Positions 1 through 8,301 of a stretch of 29,061 nt of DNA are shown piece by piece. This DNA comes from Pedosphaera sp. (GTDB lineage Bacteria; Verrucomicrobiota; Verrucomicrobiia; Limisphaerales; SIBH01). The stretch covers positions 1-29,061 of the forward strand of contig JANOQV010000198.1 of assembly GCA_031414955.1 (NCBI GenBank), read 5' to 3'. Made by a program: the position numbers and the translations under genes. Position 1 is the stretch's first letter; each line of letters starts with the position of its first letter. The notes under the pieces are model-generated. The model saw nothing but the letters and a program-made list of their open reading frames with translations. It had not been told where the DNA came from and ran no database searches.

Positions 1-8
1 GCCGCGCG

Positions 9-43
9 GAGCGTTTGGAGTGCGGTCGCTTTAGCGCCGCTTT
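9..43. repeat. REP-like short palindromic element (one arm; any partner lies outside the window)
   Basis: GAGCGTTTGGAGTGCGGTCGCTTTAGCGCCGCTTT contains an imperfect hairpin GCGGTCGC-TTTA-GCGCCGC; it resembles intergenic TTGGAGTGCGG...CCGCTTT repeats I recall from PVC-group genomes. Confidence 0.5.
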
Positions 44-185
44 CCCTCGGTGTTACCGGCCCGATGCGCCCACGGGACGCTGGGCAGGTTGACCCTGCGG
101 CCGGCTCTTTCCGGTCACGAACTCCAACTGCCCCACCAGCCACCTTCAGCTTTCCACTTCGGCCACGTTCGGCCATCTTTCGCCC

Positions 186-608
186 ATGTCGCACCAGACG
201 TTCACGCACCCGCACCGGGTCACCTATGCCGAATGCACGATCGGCAATCACATCTACTACTCGCGCTACCTGGACTTGTGCGAGGAGGCGCGCGGGGAGT
301 TTTTTCGGGCGCTGGGCGCGACCTTTCAGCACTGGCACGATCACGACACGTTGTTCCCCGTGATCGAGGCGCGACTGCGCTACAAGGGTGCGGCGCGCTA
401 CGATGATGTGTTGAGCATTGAGGTGTGGCTGAACGAACTCGGGCGCGTGCGGCTGGGCTTCGCCTGCCGCATCCTGAACCAGGAGGGGAAGCTGCTCGTC
501 GAGGTCCACACGTCCCATGCCTGCACCTCGGCCGGCGACAAGCCCAAGCGCATTCCCGAGGAACTGACGGCGAAGTTGCAACCGTACGTGGCGGCGGCGC
601 CGGTGTGA
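186..608 (+). CDS. Hotdog-fold acyl-CoA thioesterase, YbgC/4HBT family
   Basis: 140 aa; RVTYAE...HIYYSRYLDLCEEARGEF, FPVIEARLRYKGAARYDDVL and C-terminal KPKRIPEEL match the YbgC/4HBT pattern. Confidence 0.85.
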   Translation: MSHQTFTHPHRVTYAECTIGNHIYYSRYLDLCEEARGEFFRALGATFQHWHDHDTLFPVIEARLRYKGAARYDDVLSIEVWLNELGRVRLGFACRILNQEGKLLVEVHTSHACTSAGDKPKRIPEELTAKLQPYVAAAPV

Positions 609-642
609 ATTGGAGGCGAGGGAAAGCGTTGGTTATCCCGCC

Positions 643-1653
643 CTACTTGCCCAGTCCCTTCCACAAGAACACTCCGTAACCCGCCATGAGCAGCAGGCCG
701 ATGAAGCGCGGCATCCGCCCGAGCACCGCGATAAAGAAAAAGTGGACTGCCGCCGCGCCGAGCAGAATCCAGACGCCCAGTTGAAAGAACGCCGGCACCG
801 GCACGGGTCGGAACAACGCAAAGACGCCGAGGCAAAGCGGAATGCAGATGTGCCCGTCACCGATCTGTGAGCTGTAAACGACCTCGGCCCGCCGCTTCGC
901 TCCGTAGTAGAGCGCGAGCAGCGCGTTGGGCATGACCATCAGCCAGCCGCTCAACCAGCCGAGGTGTTTCTTGCTGATGAATCCGCGGTCCGTCGCTTGC
1001 ACCCAGCTCACCAGATAGTCCGTGCTGACGTAAACCGCGTAGGCTCCCGCCGCCAGCAGCAGGAAATCAAAAACGAGGAGCAGCCCAAACGAGCGCTTCT
1101 GCCGCACGTTGGCCTTCAACACTTCGAAGACGTGAACCGTCTGCCAGAAGAGAAACAGGCCGACCAGCACCAGTCCGTCGGCGAAATCAATCTGGCCATC
1201 GCGGCCCAGCGCCCAGGTGCCGCCGGTGAAGAACACCACGGCGATCATGGTGAGCAACAGCGAGAGGCGGTTCACGCGCTGCTGATCGTCGCCGCCGCCC
1301 TTGGCTTTCTTGGCCGGGCCCGCGGCTTTTTTCGGCGCGAGGGAAAGTCCCCAGCAGAGCGCGGGCAGGCCGATCAGCAGCGTCATGTTCGTGACGTTGT
1401 TCACGAGGCAGTTGGTCATCACCTCGCGGCTGTCGCCGCCGTTCCGGCCCAGCACGAAGGCGAAGATGAGATTGCCCAGCCCCGAGCAATACGGCATGAT
1501 CAGCGTGCCCAGCACCGTGCCCTCGACCCCCGCCGCGCCCATCGACTCCAACCGCCAGACCATGAGGAACGATCCGGCCAGAAAAAGCCCCAGGCACAGC
1601 CACGGTGTCCAGGGGCCGAAGCTTTGGATCCAGCGCAGGGTGATCTCGTTCAA
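643..1653 (-). CDS. CaCA (Na+/Ca2+ exchanger)-fold membrane transporter with divergent alpha-repeats
   Basis: 336 aa, about 10 hydrophobic helices in two halves; NCLVNNVTNMTLLIG and DGQIDFADGLVLVGLF match CaCA/YrbG segments; TTG start uncertain. Confidence 0.7.
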   Translation of the reverse strand: MNEITLRWIQSFGPWTPWLCLGLFLAGSFLMVWRLESMGAAGVEGTVLGTLIMPYCSGLGNLIFAFVLGRNGGDSREVMTNCLVNNVTNMTLLIGLPALCWGLSLAPKKAAGPAKKAKGGGDDQQRVNRLSLLLTMIAVVFFTGGTWALGRDGQIDFADGLVLVGLFLFWQTVHVFEVLKANVRQKRSFGLLLVFDFLLLAAGAYAVYVSTDYLVSWVQATDRGFISKKHLGWLSGWLMVMPNALLALYYGAKRRAEVVYSSQIGDGHICIPLCLGVFALFRPVPVPAFFQLGVWILLGAAAVHFFFIAVLGRMPRFIGLLLMAGYGVFLWKGLGK

Positions 1654-1757
1654 GGGAATGGTGATGATGGCGGCGGCCCCTCAAATCTGGAAGCAGGTCA
1701 TGGGGCAATCACTCGGGCGGCGGCCACCCGCGAAGTGAATCGAACCGTGTCCCGCCT

Positions 1758-2219
1758 TCACTTGACCTCGCTCAGGTTCGGGGTCGCGGGCTGGGCGGCA
1801 ATCTTCTCCCCATCCTTCTGGTGCTCGGTCCAAAAGATGATGGCCGCACCGCACATCATCACCACCACGCCCGCCCAGCGCAGACCGGACACCCGCTCGT
1901 GAAGGAGAAGTATGGAGGCGAACGTCGCCATGACCATGCTTAACGAGGTCAGCGGCCAGACGAAGCTCACATCCTTGTGCCCCATCAGCATCAGCAGTCC
2001 GGCGAAGAAAATGGCCTCGAAGAGCACGCCCAGCAGCACGCGCGAGTTGATGAAGCCGTGGCCCACCAGGCGCAGCACCGACGCCACGGTCACCTGGATC
2101 GGCCCGCCCTGCCGCGTCCTTTCCTGCGCAGTGATCTGGTCGATGCCCTGCTTGAGAATCACGACCCCAAGCGCCTCGAAGATCAGCGCGATGAAAAGGA
2201 TGATCAGTATCTTGGTCAT
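1758..2219 (-). CDS. Small DMT/EamA-family transporter (4 TM, ArnE/F-like size)
   Basis: 153 aa; DVSFVWPLTSLS and LLHERVSGLRWAGVVVMMCG are DMT signatures; starts 1 bp after the hpnK stop. Confidence 0.8.
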   Translation of the reverse strand: MTKILIILFIALIFEALGVVILKQGIDQITAQERTRQGGPIQVTVASVLRLVGHGFINSRVLLGVLFEAIFFAGLLMLMGHKDVSFVWPLTSLSMVMATFASILLLHERVSGLRWAGVVVMMCGAAIIFWTEHQKDGEKIAAQPATPNLSEVK

Positions 2220-2220
2220 A

Positions 2221-3054
2221 TTACAAATCCTGGTAGCGAATGAGTTCGATGTTTTGCTGCCGCACCAAGTCGTTCACCGCCGGACTGAGGAGCGCCTCGA
2301 ACTCGGGACGAAACTCATCAAGCGACGGGTGCGAGTAAAGCTCGGAATCTCCGGCGGGCAGCACAGGCAACAGCCTGCTCACAAACCCTTCGTCCACGCG
2401 CGCATTTTGCAGCAGGCCGAAGACGCGCGGGGTGAACCGGATGTTCCGCCGCAGGAGCGCGGCGCGCGCCCGGACCGCGAGCAGCCGGTAAATGATCGCG
2501 TGGCTGGCGCGGTAGAGCCAGGCCCCGCCGGCCAGCCGGGCATTCAGCCAGAACGGATCGCAGGTCAGCCGCAGGTGCTGGATGCCCCATTCCTCCGCGC
2601 GCCGCATGAGAATGCCAAAGACCACCGGATGCAGATGCAGGTGCAGGTGGCCGTTGAGGTGGTCGAGCTTGAGTCCAGTGGCGCGGAAGCGATCGAACTG
2701 CGCGGCGATTTCCAACTCAAGCTGCGCCCGCAGGCCGGGGCGGAAGAAATAGTTGAAGCCCGCGCCCACCGGACTGTTGGTGAACTCGCCGCGCGCGTCC
2801 ACCAGGCCGGGAATTTTCTCCGGCCGCAGGGCCGAGCGTCCGCAGAGCAAGGCCAGGTGCAGGCCCACGCCGAGCCGGGGATTTTGTTTCGCCAGGGCCA
2901 CTGCCTCGGCGCACGCCGGCTCGTTCACCATCAGGCTGGCCGTGGTGAGAATGCCCTCGCGATGGGCGCGAATGACGGCTTCGTTGATGGAGGACGAGCG
3001 CCCGAAGTCGTCCGCGTTCACGATCAGGCGCCGCCGGGCGTCAGGGCGTGCCAT
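2221..3054 (-). CDS. hpnK: Hopanoid biosynthesis-associated deacetylase HpnK (ChbG/YdjC family)
   Basis: LIVNADDFG, GILTTASLMVN, GVGLHL, DHLNGHLHLHLHP and ELYSHP motifs; overlaps hpnD. Confidence 0.85.
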   Translation of the reverse strand: MARPDARRRLIVNADDFGRSSSINEAVIRAHREGILTTASLMVNEPACAEAVALAKQNPRLGVGLHLALLCGRSALRPEKIPGLVDARGEFTNSPVGAGFNYFFRPGLRAQLELEIAAQFDRFRATGLKLDHLNGHLHLHLHPVVFGILMRRAEEWGIQHLRLTCDPFWLNARLAGGAWLYRASHAIIYRLLAVRARAALLRRNIRFTPRVFGLLQNARVDEGFVSRLLPVLPAGDSELYSHPSLDEFRPEFEALLSPAVNDLVRQQNIELIRYQDL

Positions 3055-3913
3055 AGTTCGGAACGACGTTGCCGGAGGCGATGCGCAACCAGGTGCGGAG
3101 GATGAGCAGGATTTTCTGCCCCTTGCTCACGCGGGTCAGTTCGGGGCCGAAGACGTTGAACTCCCGGGCCTCGAGCTTTTCGAGCAGCCGCCAATAGACC
3201 GAACCCATCAATTCCGCCGCCGCCATGGCCCGGCGATCCTCCAGCGGCAGGGATTCGCGCGCGAGCCGGTAGAAATTCTTGGCCCGCGCGGCCACGCTGG
3301 TGGCGAGTTCGCGGAAGCGCGGCGAATACTCGCCCTGCAAAATCTCCGCCTCCGTCACGCGGAAGCGGGCCAGTTCCTCCAGCGGAAGGTAAATGCGCCC
3401 GCGCTCCGCGTCCGTCTTCACGTCGCGGAGAATGTTGGTGAGTTGGAGTGCCTGGCCCAGATGGACGGCGTATTCGCGCACGCGCGGATTGGTGTAGCCA
3501 AAGATTTCGATGCTGAGCAGCCCGACCACGGAGGCGACGCGATAGCAATACTGCTCCAGTTCGGTGTGGGTCTGGTAACGATCAATGTCGAGGTCCATCT
3601 CCACGCCGCGAATGAGGTCGTCAAACAATTCGAACGACAGTCCGGGATGCTGGCGGATCACGGCTTGCAGTTCACGGTTTACCGCAAACTCCGGGCTTCC
3701 ACCCGAGCAGGCGCGACGAATGTCTTCGCGCCAGGCGGCAAGCTGGCGGCGGCGATCCGTGACCGGCACCGACTCCTCGTCCGCCACGTCATCCACTTCG
3801 CGGCAGAAGGCGTAAAGCGCGGACATGCCATCCCGCTTGGCCTTGGGCAGCAGGACGAAGGCGAGCGCGAGATTGCTCGCGCTCTTCTGCGTGATGTTGC
3901 GGCTCTCCTGCAT
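3041..3913 (-). CDS. hpnD: Presqualene diphosphate synthase HpnD (squalene/phytoene synthase family)
   Basis: LYAFCREVDDVADE (DDxxD), YCYRVASVVG and QLTNILRDVKTDAERGRIYLP; next to hpnK, which favours hpnD over crtB. Confidence 0.8.
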   Translation of the reverse strand: MQESRNITQKSASNLALAFVLLPKAKRDGMSALYAFCREVDDVADEESVPVTDRRRQLAAWREDIRRACSGGSPEFAVNRELQAVIRQHPGLSFELFDDLIRGVEMDLDIDRYQTHTELEQYCYRVASVVGLLSIEIFGYTNPRVREYAVHLGQALQLTNILRDVKTDAERGRIYLPLEELARFRVTEAEILQGEYSPRFRELATSVAARAKNFYRLARESLPLEDRRAMAAAELMGSVYWRLLEKLEAREFNVFGPELTRVSKGQKILLILRTWLRIASGNVVPNYGTP

Positions 3914-4269
3914 CAGTACTTGGGCAGATCGCCCTCCGCCCGCAGCGGGGGCAGCCCGCCGGTCTTGTCGAGCGTGGGGTTGCGCGGCCGATGGTCGCGC
4001 CGGCGCTGGCGTTTGCGGTGGTGTCTGGGGGGACGCGACTCCGGCTCGGTCGGTCGCGGTATCTTGTGCCCCGACTGGCCGGGTCCGAATTCAATGCCAG
4101 GCTTCTTGCGGAATTTGAGATAGGCCCAGAGGAACAGCACCAGCCCGACGATCAGGCTCACGCCGATGACGAGCAGGGCCTCGCGAGTGTTGAGGACCGG
4201 CTTGCCGGTGGCCTCCTGAACTTGCGATTCCAGGTTGGCGGCGGCGAGGATGAAAGGGAATGCGGTCAT
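3913..4269 (-). CDS. Hypothetical single-pass membrane protein with basic tail
   Basis: 118 aa; TM segment ALLVIGVSLIVGLVLFLWAYL, then RHHRKRQRRRDHRPRNPTLDKTGGLPP; stop overlaps the hpnD start (TGATG); starts 6 bp after the regulator stop. Confidence 0.75.
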   Translation of the reverse strand: MTAFPFILAAANLESQVQEATGKPVLNTREALLVIGVSLIVGLVLFLWAYLKFRKKPGIEFGPGQSGHKIPRPTEPESRPPRHHRKRQRRRDHRPRNPTLDKTGGLPPLRAEGDLPKY

Positions 4270-4275
4270 GACAAA

Positions 4276-5691
4276 TCAGACGGGCTGGGCCGGCTCGTCT
4301 TCCGTCTCGGAAGGGCCGGCGATATTGAGCCGAGTCATCCGGTAACGGAGCGCGTGGCGGCTGAGTTTCAACTGCTCGGCAGTGCGGCTGATGCTGAAGC
4401 GGTTCTGCTCCAGGGTGTTTTGAATCAGCTCGCGCTCGAAGCCGGCCATGGCCTCGTCCAGGGTCTGCCCCGCAGCGGACGCGGGCAGGCCCTCGGGTTT
4501 CTTCAGGCCGCTCTCGATGGCGAAGTCCGGCAGGTTGCGGGCCTGAACTTCGGGGGATGTTTCCAGGATGACGGCGCGCTCGATCACATTGCGCAACTCG
4601 CGCACGTTGCCCGGCCAGTGGTGGGCCAGCAGCTTTTGCCGCGCGGCGGGCGCGAGCGCCTTGACCTGTTTGCGCATCCCGGCGCTGAAGTGCTGGAGGA
4701 AATGCGCGGCCAGCAACACAGTATCTTGGCCGCGCTCGCGCAGCGGCGGCGGACGGAACTGCACCACGTTGAGGCGATGGAAAAGGTCTTCGCGAAACTG
4801 GTGCTGGCGGATGGCTTCCACGATGTCGCGGTTGGTCGCGGCGATGAGCCGCACGTTGACGCGCAGTTCGTCGTTGCCGCCCACGCGGGTGAAGCTGCCG
4901 TCCTCGAGGAAGCGCAGCAGCTTGGCCTGCAAGGGGCGGCTCATGTCGCCGATCTCGTCCAGAAACACCGTGCCGCCGTCGGCCTCCTCCACGCGCCCGA
5001 GCTTTTGCTTGATGGCTCCGGTGAAGGCACCCTTCTCATGCCCGAAGAGTTCGCTCTCCAGCAGCGCCTCGGGAATGGCCGCGCAGTTGATCCGCACATA
5101 CGGAGCCTCGGCGCGCTCGCTCAAGGAGTGCAACGCGCCGGCGACCAGTTCCTTGCCCGTGCCACTCTCGCCCAGGATGAGCACCGTGGCGCGGGACGGG
5201 GCCACGGTCTTGATCAGCTCGCGTAATTCCTTCATGCGGGGCGATTCCCCGATGATGTCCGTGATGCGGTAAACCTCGCTGCTGCGGGCGCGCAGGGCGG
5301 CATTCTCCTTGAGCAACTGGAAGCGTTCGGCGCAACGGGCCACGGCGTTGATCAACTCCTCCGGCTCGCACGGCTTGGGCAGGTAATCGAAAGCGCCCGC
5401 CTTGATGGCTTCGGCGGCCAGCCGCGGCGTGGCGTAGGCGGTGATCATGAGCACCGGCAAGTTCGGCCAGCGCTCATGGCAGCGGCGCAGGAATTCGCCG
5501 CCGTTCATGCCCCCGAGGCGGAAATCGGAGATGATGAGGAAAAACTTCTCCCGCTCGATCAGGCGCAGCGCCTCCTCGCCGGACTCGGCGGCTTTCACGA
5601 CATAACCCTCGTGGCTGAGAACCGCCTGCAGCGAGAGCCGCATGTTTTTCTCATCATCAACCACGAGCAGCGGGGGCAGAGCAGGACTCAT
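4276..5691 (-). CDS. Sigma-54-dependent response regulator (NtrC/AtoC/PilR type: REC-AAA+-Fis HTH)
   Basis: LLVVDDE and IISDFRL receiver; GESGTGKEL Walker A; GAFTGA; FLDEIGD Walker B; WPGNVRELRN; C-terminal HTH. Confidence 0.95.
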   Translation of the reverse strand: MSPALPPLLVVDDEKNMRLSLQAVLSHEGYVVKAAESGEEALRLIEREKFFLIISDFRLGGMNGGEFLRRCHERWPNLPVLMITAYATPRLAAEAIKAGAFDYLPKPCEPEELINAVARCAERFQLLKENAALRARSSEVYRITDIIGESPRMKELRELIKTVAPSRATVLILGESGTGKELVAGALHSLSERAEAPYVRINCAAIPEALLESELFGHEKGAFTGAIKQKLGRVEEADGGTVFLDEIGDMSRPLQAKLLRFLEDGSFTRVGGNDELRVNVRLIAATNRDIVEAIRQHQFREDLFHRLNVVQFRPPPLRERGQDTVLLAAHFLQHFSAGMRKQVKALAPAARQKLLAHHWPGNVRELRNVIERAVILETSPEVQARNLPDFAIESGLKKPEGLPASAAGQTLDEAMAGFERELIQNTLEQNRFSISRTAEQLKLSRHALRYRMTRLNIAGPSETEDEPAQPV

Positions 5692-7082
5692 TGCTGGATT
5701 TTCATGAACGTTCGTGTGGGCAACTCTAAAATGAAGCGGGCGCCGCGGCCAAGCTCTGATTCCACCCGCACCCGGCCGGCGTAGCTTTCGGCGTGGTGCC
5801 GCGCGATGGCCAGGCCCAGCCCGGTCCCCTGCGGCTTGGTGCTAAAATAGGCTTCAAAGACCTTCTCCACCTTCTCCGGCGCGATGCCCGGGCCGTCATC
5901 CGCCACGGAGATGCGGACCAGTTCGCCTTCCGCCTCGGCCTTGACCTCGATGTGGCCGCCCTCGACCAGCACGTCGCGGGCGTTCTGGAGGATGTTGACC
6001 AGAATCTCTTCCAGGTGCTTGCGCTGCATGAGGAGTGGCGGCAGATGGTCGCCGTAATCGGTGCGGAGGGTGATCGCCCGGTACGCGCCGGGCGGAAACA
6101 CCTTGTGCAGGGCGCGGTTCAATTCCCCGGTCACGCTCAGACGCTCGACCGTGCCCTCGGCCAGTTGGGCGTAGCCCATCAGCTCGGTGATGATGCGGTC
6201 GGAGCGCGTGACCTCCTCGCGAATGATGTCGAGCTGCTGGAGCGGCAGCGGTGAGCCAGCGGCCAGGCTGCGTTGCAAAGAGAAGGCGGCGTTGTTGATG
6301 ATGGCCAGCGGGTTCTTGATCTTGTGGGCGATCTCGGCGGCCACGCGCCCGGCGGCCCGGAGCTGCTCCTGGCGCGCGGCGAACTCGCGGGCTTCCTCCA
6401 GGGCCAGGCGCGCGTTCTCGGACAGCACCTGCAAACCGTAGCAGCAGACGCCGAGAAAAATCAGCGCGACAAAACGCAGGACATACGGCTCGGCCAGGAT
6501 TTGATCGGGCAATTCATGCAGGATCCGATCGGCTGCGTTCATGTGTTCGATGTCATACTTGGTCAGCACCAGGGCCAGCGTGCCCGCCAGGGCGTAGCTG
6601 CAGACCACGGTCAGGTTCAGCGCGATCTGAAGTCCCGCCCCCGGAAAGGTGATGGCATTGCGGATGATCAGGGCCATGAAGACCCAGTAGAGCACGCTGC
6701 TAAAACCGCCCGTGGTCGCTAGGGTCAGCGCGGCGAGGAAGAGCGAATCAAACACACTCACCAGGAAGACCATGCGTTGCCCCCAGACCAGTGAAAGTTT
6801 TCGCGCCCGGAGCAGCACCACGGCCACGAGCAGGTTGACCGCCAGATAGCAGCCCAGGAAATGCCGCGTGAGGGTGACGGCAAACTGAATCGCCGAAGGG
6901 GACTCGCCATACCACGGTTCCAGGTAGAAATAGTAGATGAGGATGGCAACGTAGAGAGCCTTGATCGTCAGCACGACATCGCGCTCGACCGATTTGAGCC
7001 GGAACAATTGCAGCGCCGGATCAGGATTGGCCGGCCGCAGCAGTTCCTTGAGCCGGTGAAAGGTTTGCGCAGGGAGACGCAT
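5688..7082 (-). CDS. Membrane sensor histidine kinase
   Basis: About 6 N-terminal TM helices; H-box AAEIAHKIKNPL, N-box NILQNA, G1 DDGPGI, G2 GTGLGL; stop overlaps the regulator start (ATGA). Confidence 0.92.
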   Translation of the reverse strand: MRLPAQTFHRLKELLRPANPDPALQLFRLKSVERDVVLTIKALYVAILIYYFYLEPWYGESPSAIQFAVTLTRHFLGCYLAVNLLVAVVLLRARKLSLVWGQRMVFLVSVFDSLFLAALTLATTGGFSSVLYWVFMALIIRNAITFPGAGLQIALNLTVVCSYALAGTLALVLTKYDIEHMNAADRILHELPDQILAEPYVLRFVALIFLGVCCYGLQVLSENARLALEEAREFAARQEQLRAAGRVAAEIAHKIKNPLAIINNAAFSLQRSLAAGSPLPLQQLDIIREEVTRSDRIITELMGYAQLAEGTVERLSVTGELNRALHKVFPPGAYRAITLRTDYGDHLPPLLMQRKHLEEILVNILQNARDVLVEGGHIEVKAEAEGELVRISVADDGPGIAPEKVEKVFEAYFSTKPQGTGLGLAIARHHAESYAGRVRVESELGRGARFILELPTRTFMKIQQ

Positions 7083-7095
7083 GGCCCAGCCTCGC

Positions 7096-7674
7096 TCAAC
7101 CGGTCGGATTCAGCAACGCCCGCACGCGGGTGACAATCTGCTCGACTGGCTCCAACCGCCCCACTCCGTCATAGCCGCAGGAGAGCAACCCCTCGTCCGG
7201 TCCGATAAACAACACGCCGCGCGCCTTGAGCGTGGCCACGTTCTGCTGCGTCGCGGCGTGCTGCCACATTTTGCCGTTCATGGCCGGGGCGATCAGGACT
7301 TTGGCCGCGGGCGGCAAGGCCAGGGCGATGCAGGTCAGCGCGTCGTCCGCCAAGCCGTGCGCCAGCTTCGCGATGAGATTGGCCGTGGCGGGAGCGATGA
7401 GGAGCAGATCGGCGTTGTCCGCCAGTTCAATGTGCGCCGGCTTCCAGCCCTCCTCCTCGTCATACAAATCCGTCACCACCGGATGGCGCGACATGGTTTT
7501 GAACGGCAGCGGGGTGACGAAGCGTTGCGCGTCCGCCGTCATCACCACATGCACGTTGCATCCTTCCTTGGTCAGCAGACTGGCCAGATCGATGGCCTTG
7601 TGCGCGGCGATGGAGCCGGTGACGCCGAGAACGACGTTCGGTGCGGGTGACTTTGGACTTGGGTCGTTGGACAT
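7096..7674 (-). CDS. coaC: Phosphopantothenoylcysteine decarboxylase (stand-alone CoaC flavoprotein)
   Basis: VVLGVTGSIAAHKA, HIELAD, IAPATANLIAKLAHGLADD, APAMNGKMW and LSCGYDGVGRL; start placed at ATG 7674, 7 bp after the gmk stop; no CoaB domain. Confidence 0.88.
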   Translation of the reverse strand: MSNDPSPKSPAPNVVLGVTGSIAAHKAIDLASLLTKEGCNVHVVMTADAQRFVTPLPFKTMSRHPVVTDLYDEEEGWKPAHIELADNADLLLIAPATANLIAKLAHGLADDALTCIALALPPAAKVLIAPAMNGKMWQHAATQQNVATLKARGVLFIGPDEGLLSCGYDGVGRLEPVEQIVTRVRALLNPTG

Positions 7675-7676
7675 TG
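7649..7676. repeat. Four degenerate heptamer units overlapping the coaC start
   Basis: GACTTTG GACTTGG GTCGTTG GACATTG. Confidence 0.55.
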
Positions 7677-7681
7677 GCTTC

Positions 7682-8299
7682 CTAAAACTCCGGCGGCTTG
7701 GCCCGGCACTGGCGCATCTTCTCCGCCTCCACAATGGCCACCATGCGCCGGAGGTCTTCCTGAATGCTCGTGCTGATGATTAAATAGTCAAAGTTCTTCC
7801 ACTGCGCGATTTCCTGCCGGGCCACACTCAGCCGCTTCTGCATGATGGCCGGCGTGTCCTGGCCGCGCTTCTTCAGCCGCACCTCCAGAATCTGGAGGGA
7901 AGGCGGCGTCAGGAACACAGAAATGAACGCGCGCCGCAAATCCTCGTCGGTCTCGACACAAGCCCGGACGCTGGCGGCGCCCTGCACGTCGATGTTGAGC
8001 AGCACGTCCTTGCCCCCGCGCAGCTTGTCCAGCACCTCGGAGCGCAGCGTGCCGTAGCTGTTCCCATACACCGTGGCGTGTTCGAGGAAATGCCCGGCTT
8101 GCACGCGCCGGAGGAAGGTGCCGGCGTCCAGGAAATAGTAGTCCACGCCATCCTCCTCCCCAGGCCGCGGCGCGCGCGTGGTGCAGGTGATGGCTCGGGT
8201 GATGTCCTTGCGCGCGGCCAGCAACTGCTCACACAGCGTGGTCTTGCCGCCGCCACTCGGGGCGGAGATGACGAAGAGCAAGGGGGAGGGCGGAGTCAT
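7682..8299 (-). CDS. gmk: Guanylate kinase
   Basis: ISAPSGGGKTTL P-loop, TTRAPRPGEEDGVDYYF, YGNSYGT and IDVQGA; start placed at ATG 8299 because the upstream extension is repeat-derived. Confidence 0.96.
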   Translation of the reverse strand: MTPPSPLLFVISAPSGGGKTTLCEQLLAARKDITRAITCTTRAPRPGEEDGVDYYFLDAGTFLRRVQAGHFLEHATVYGNSYGTLRSEVLDKLRGGKDVLLNIDVQGAASVRACVETDEDLRRAFISVFLTPPSLQILEVRLKKRGQDTPAIMQKRLSVARQEIAQWKNFDYLIISTSIQEDLRRMVAIVEAEKMRQCRAKPPEF

Positions 8300-8301
8300 T
8301 G

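Noticed and set aside
3041..3913. Phytoene synthase crtB call
   Set aside because: No carotenoid genes nearby; adjacency to hpnK favours hpnD, though a phylogeny would be needed to exclude crtB.
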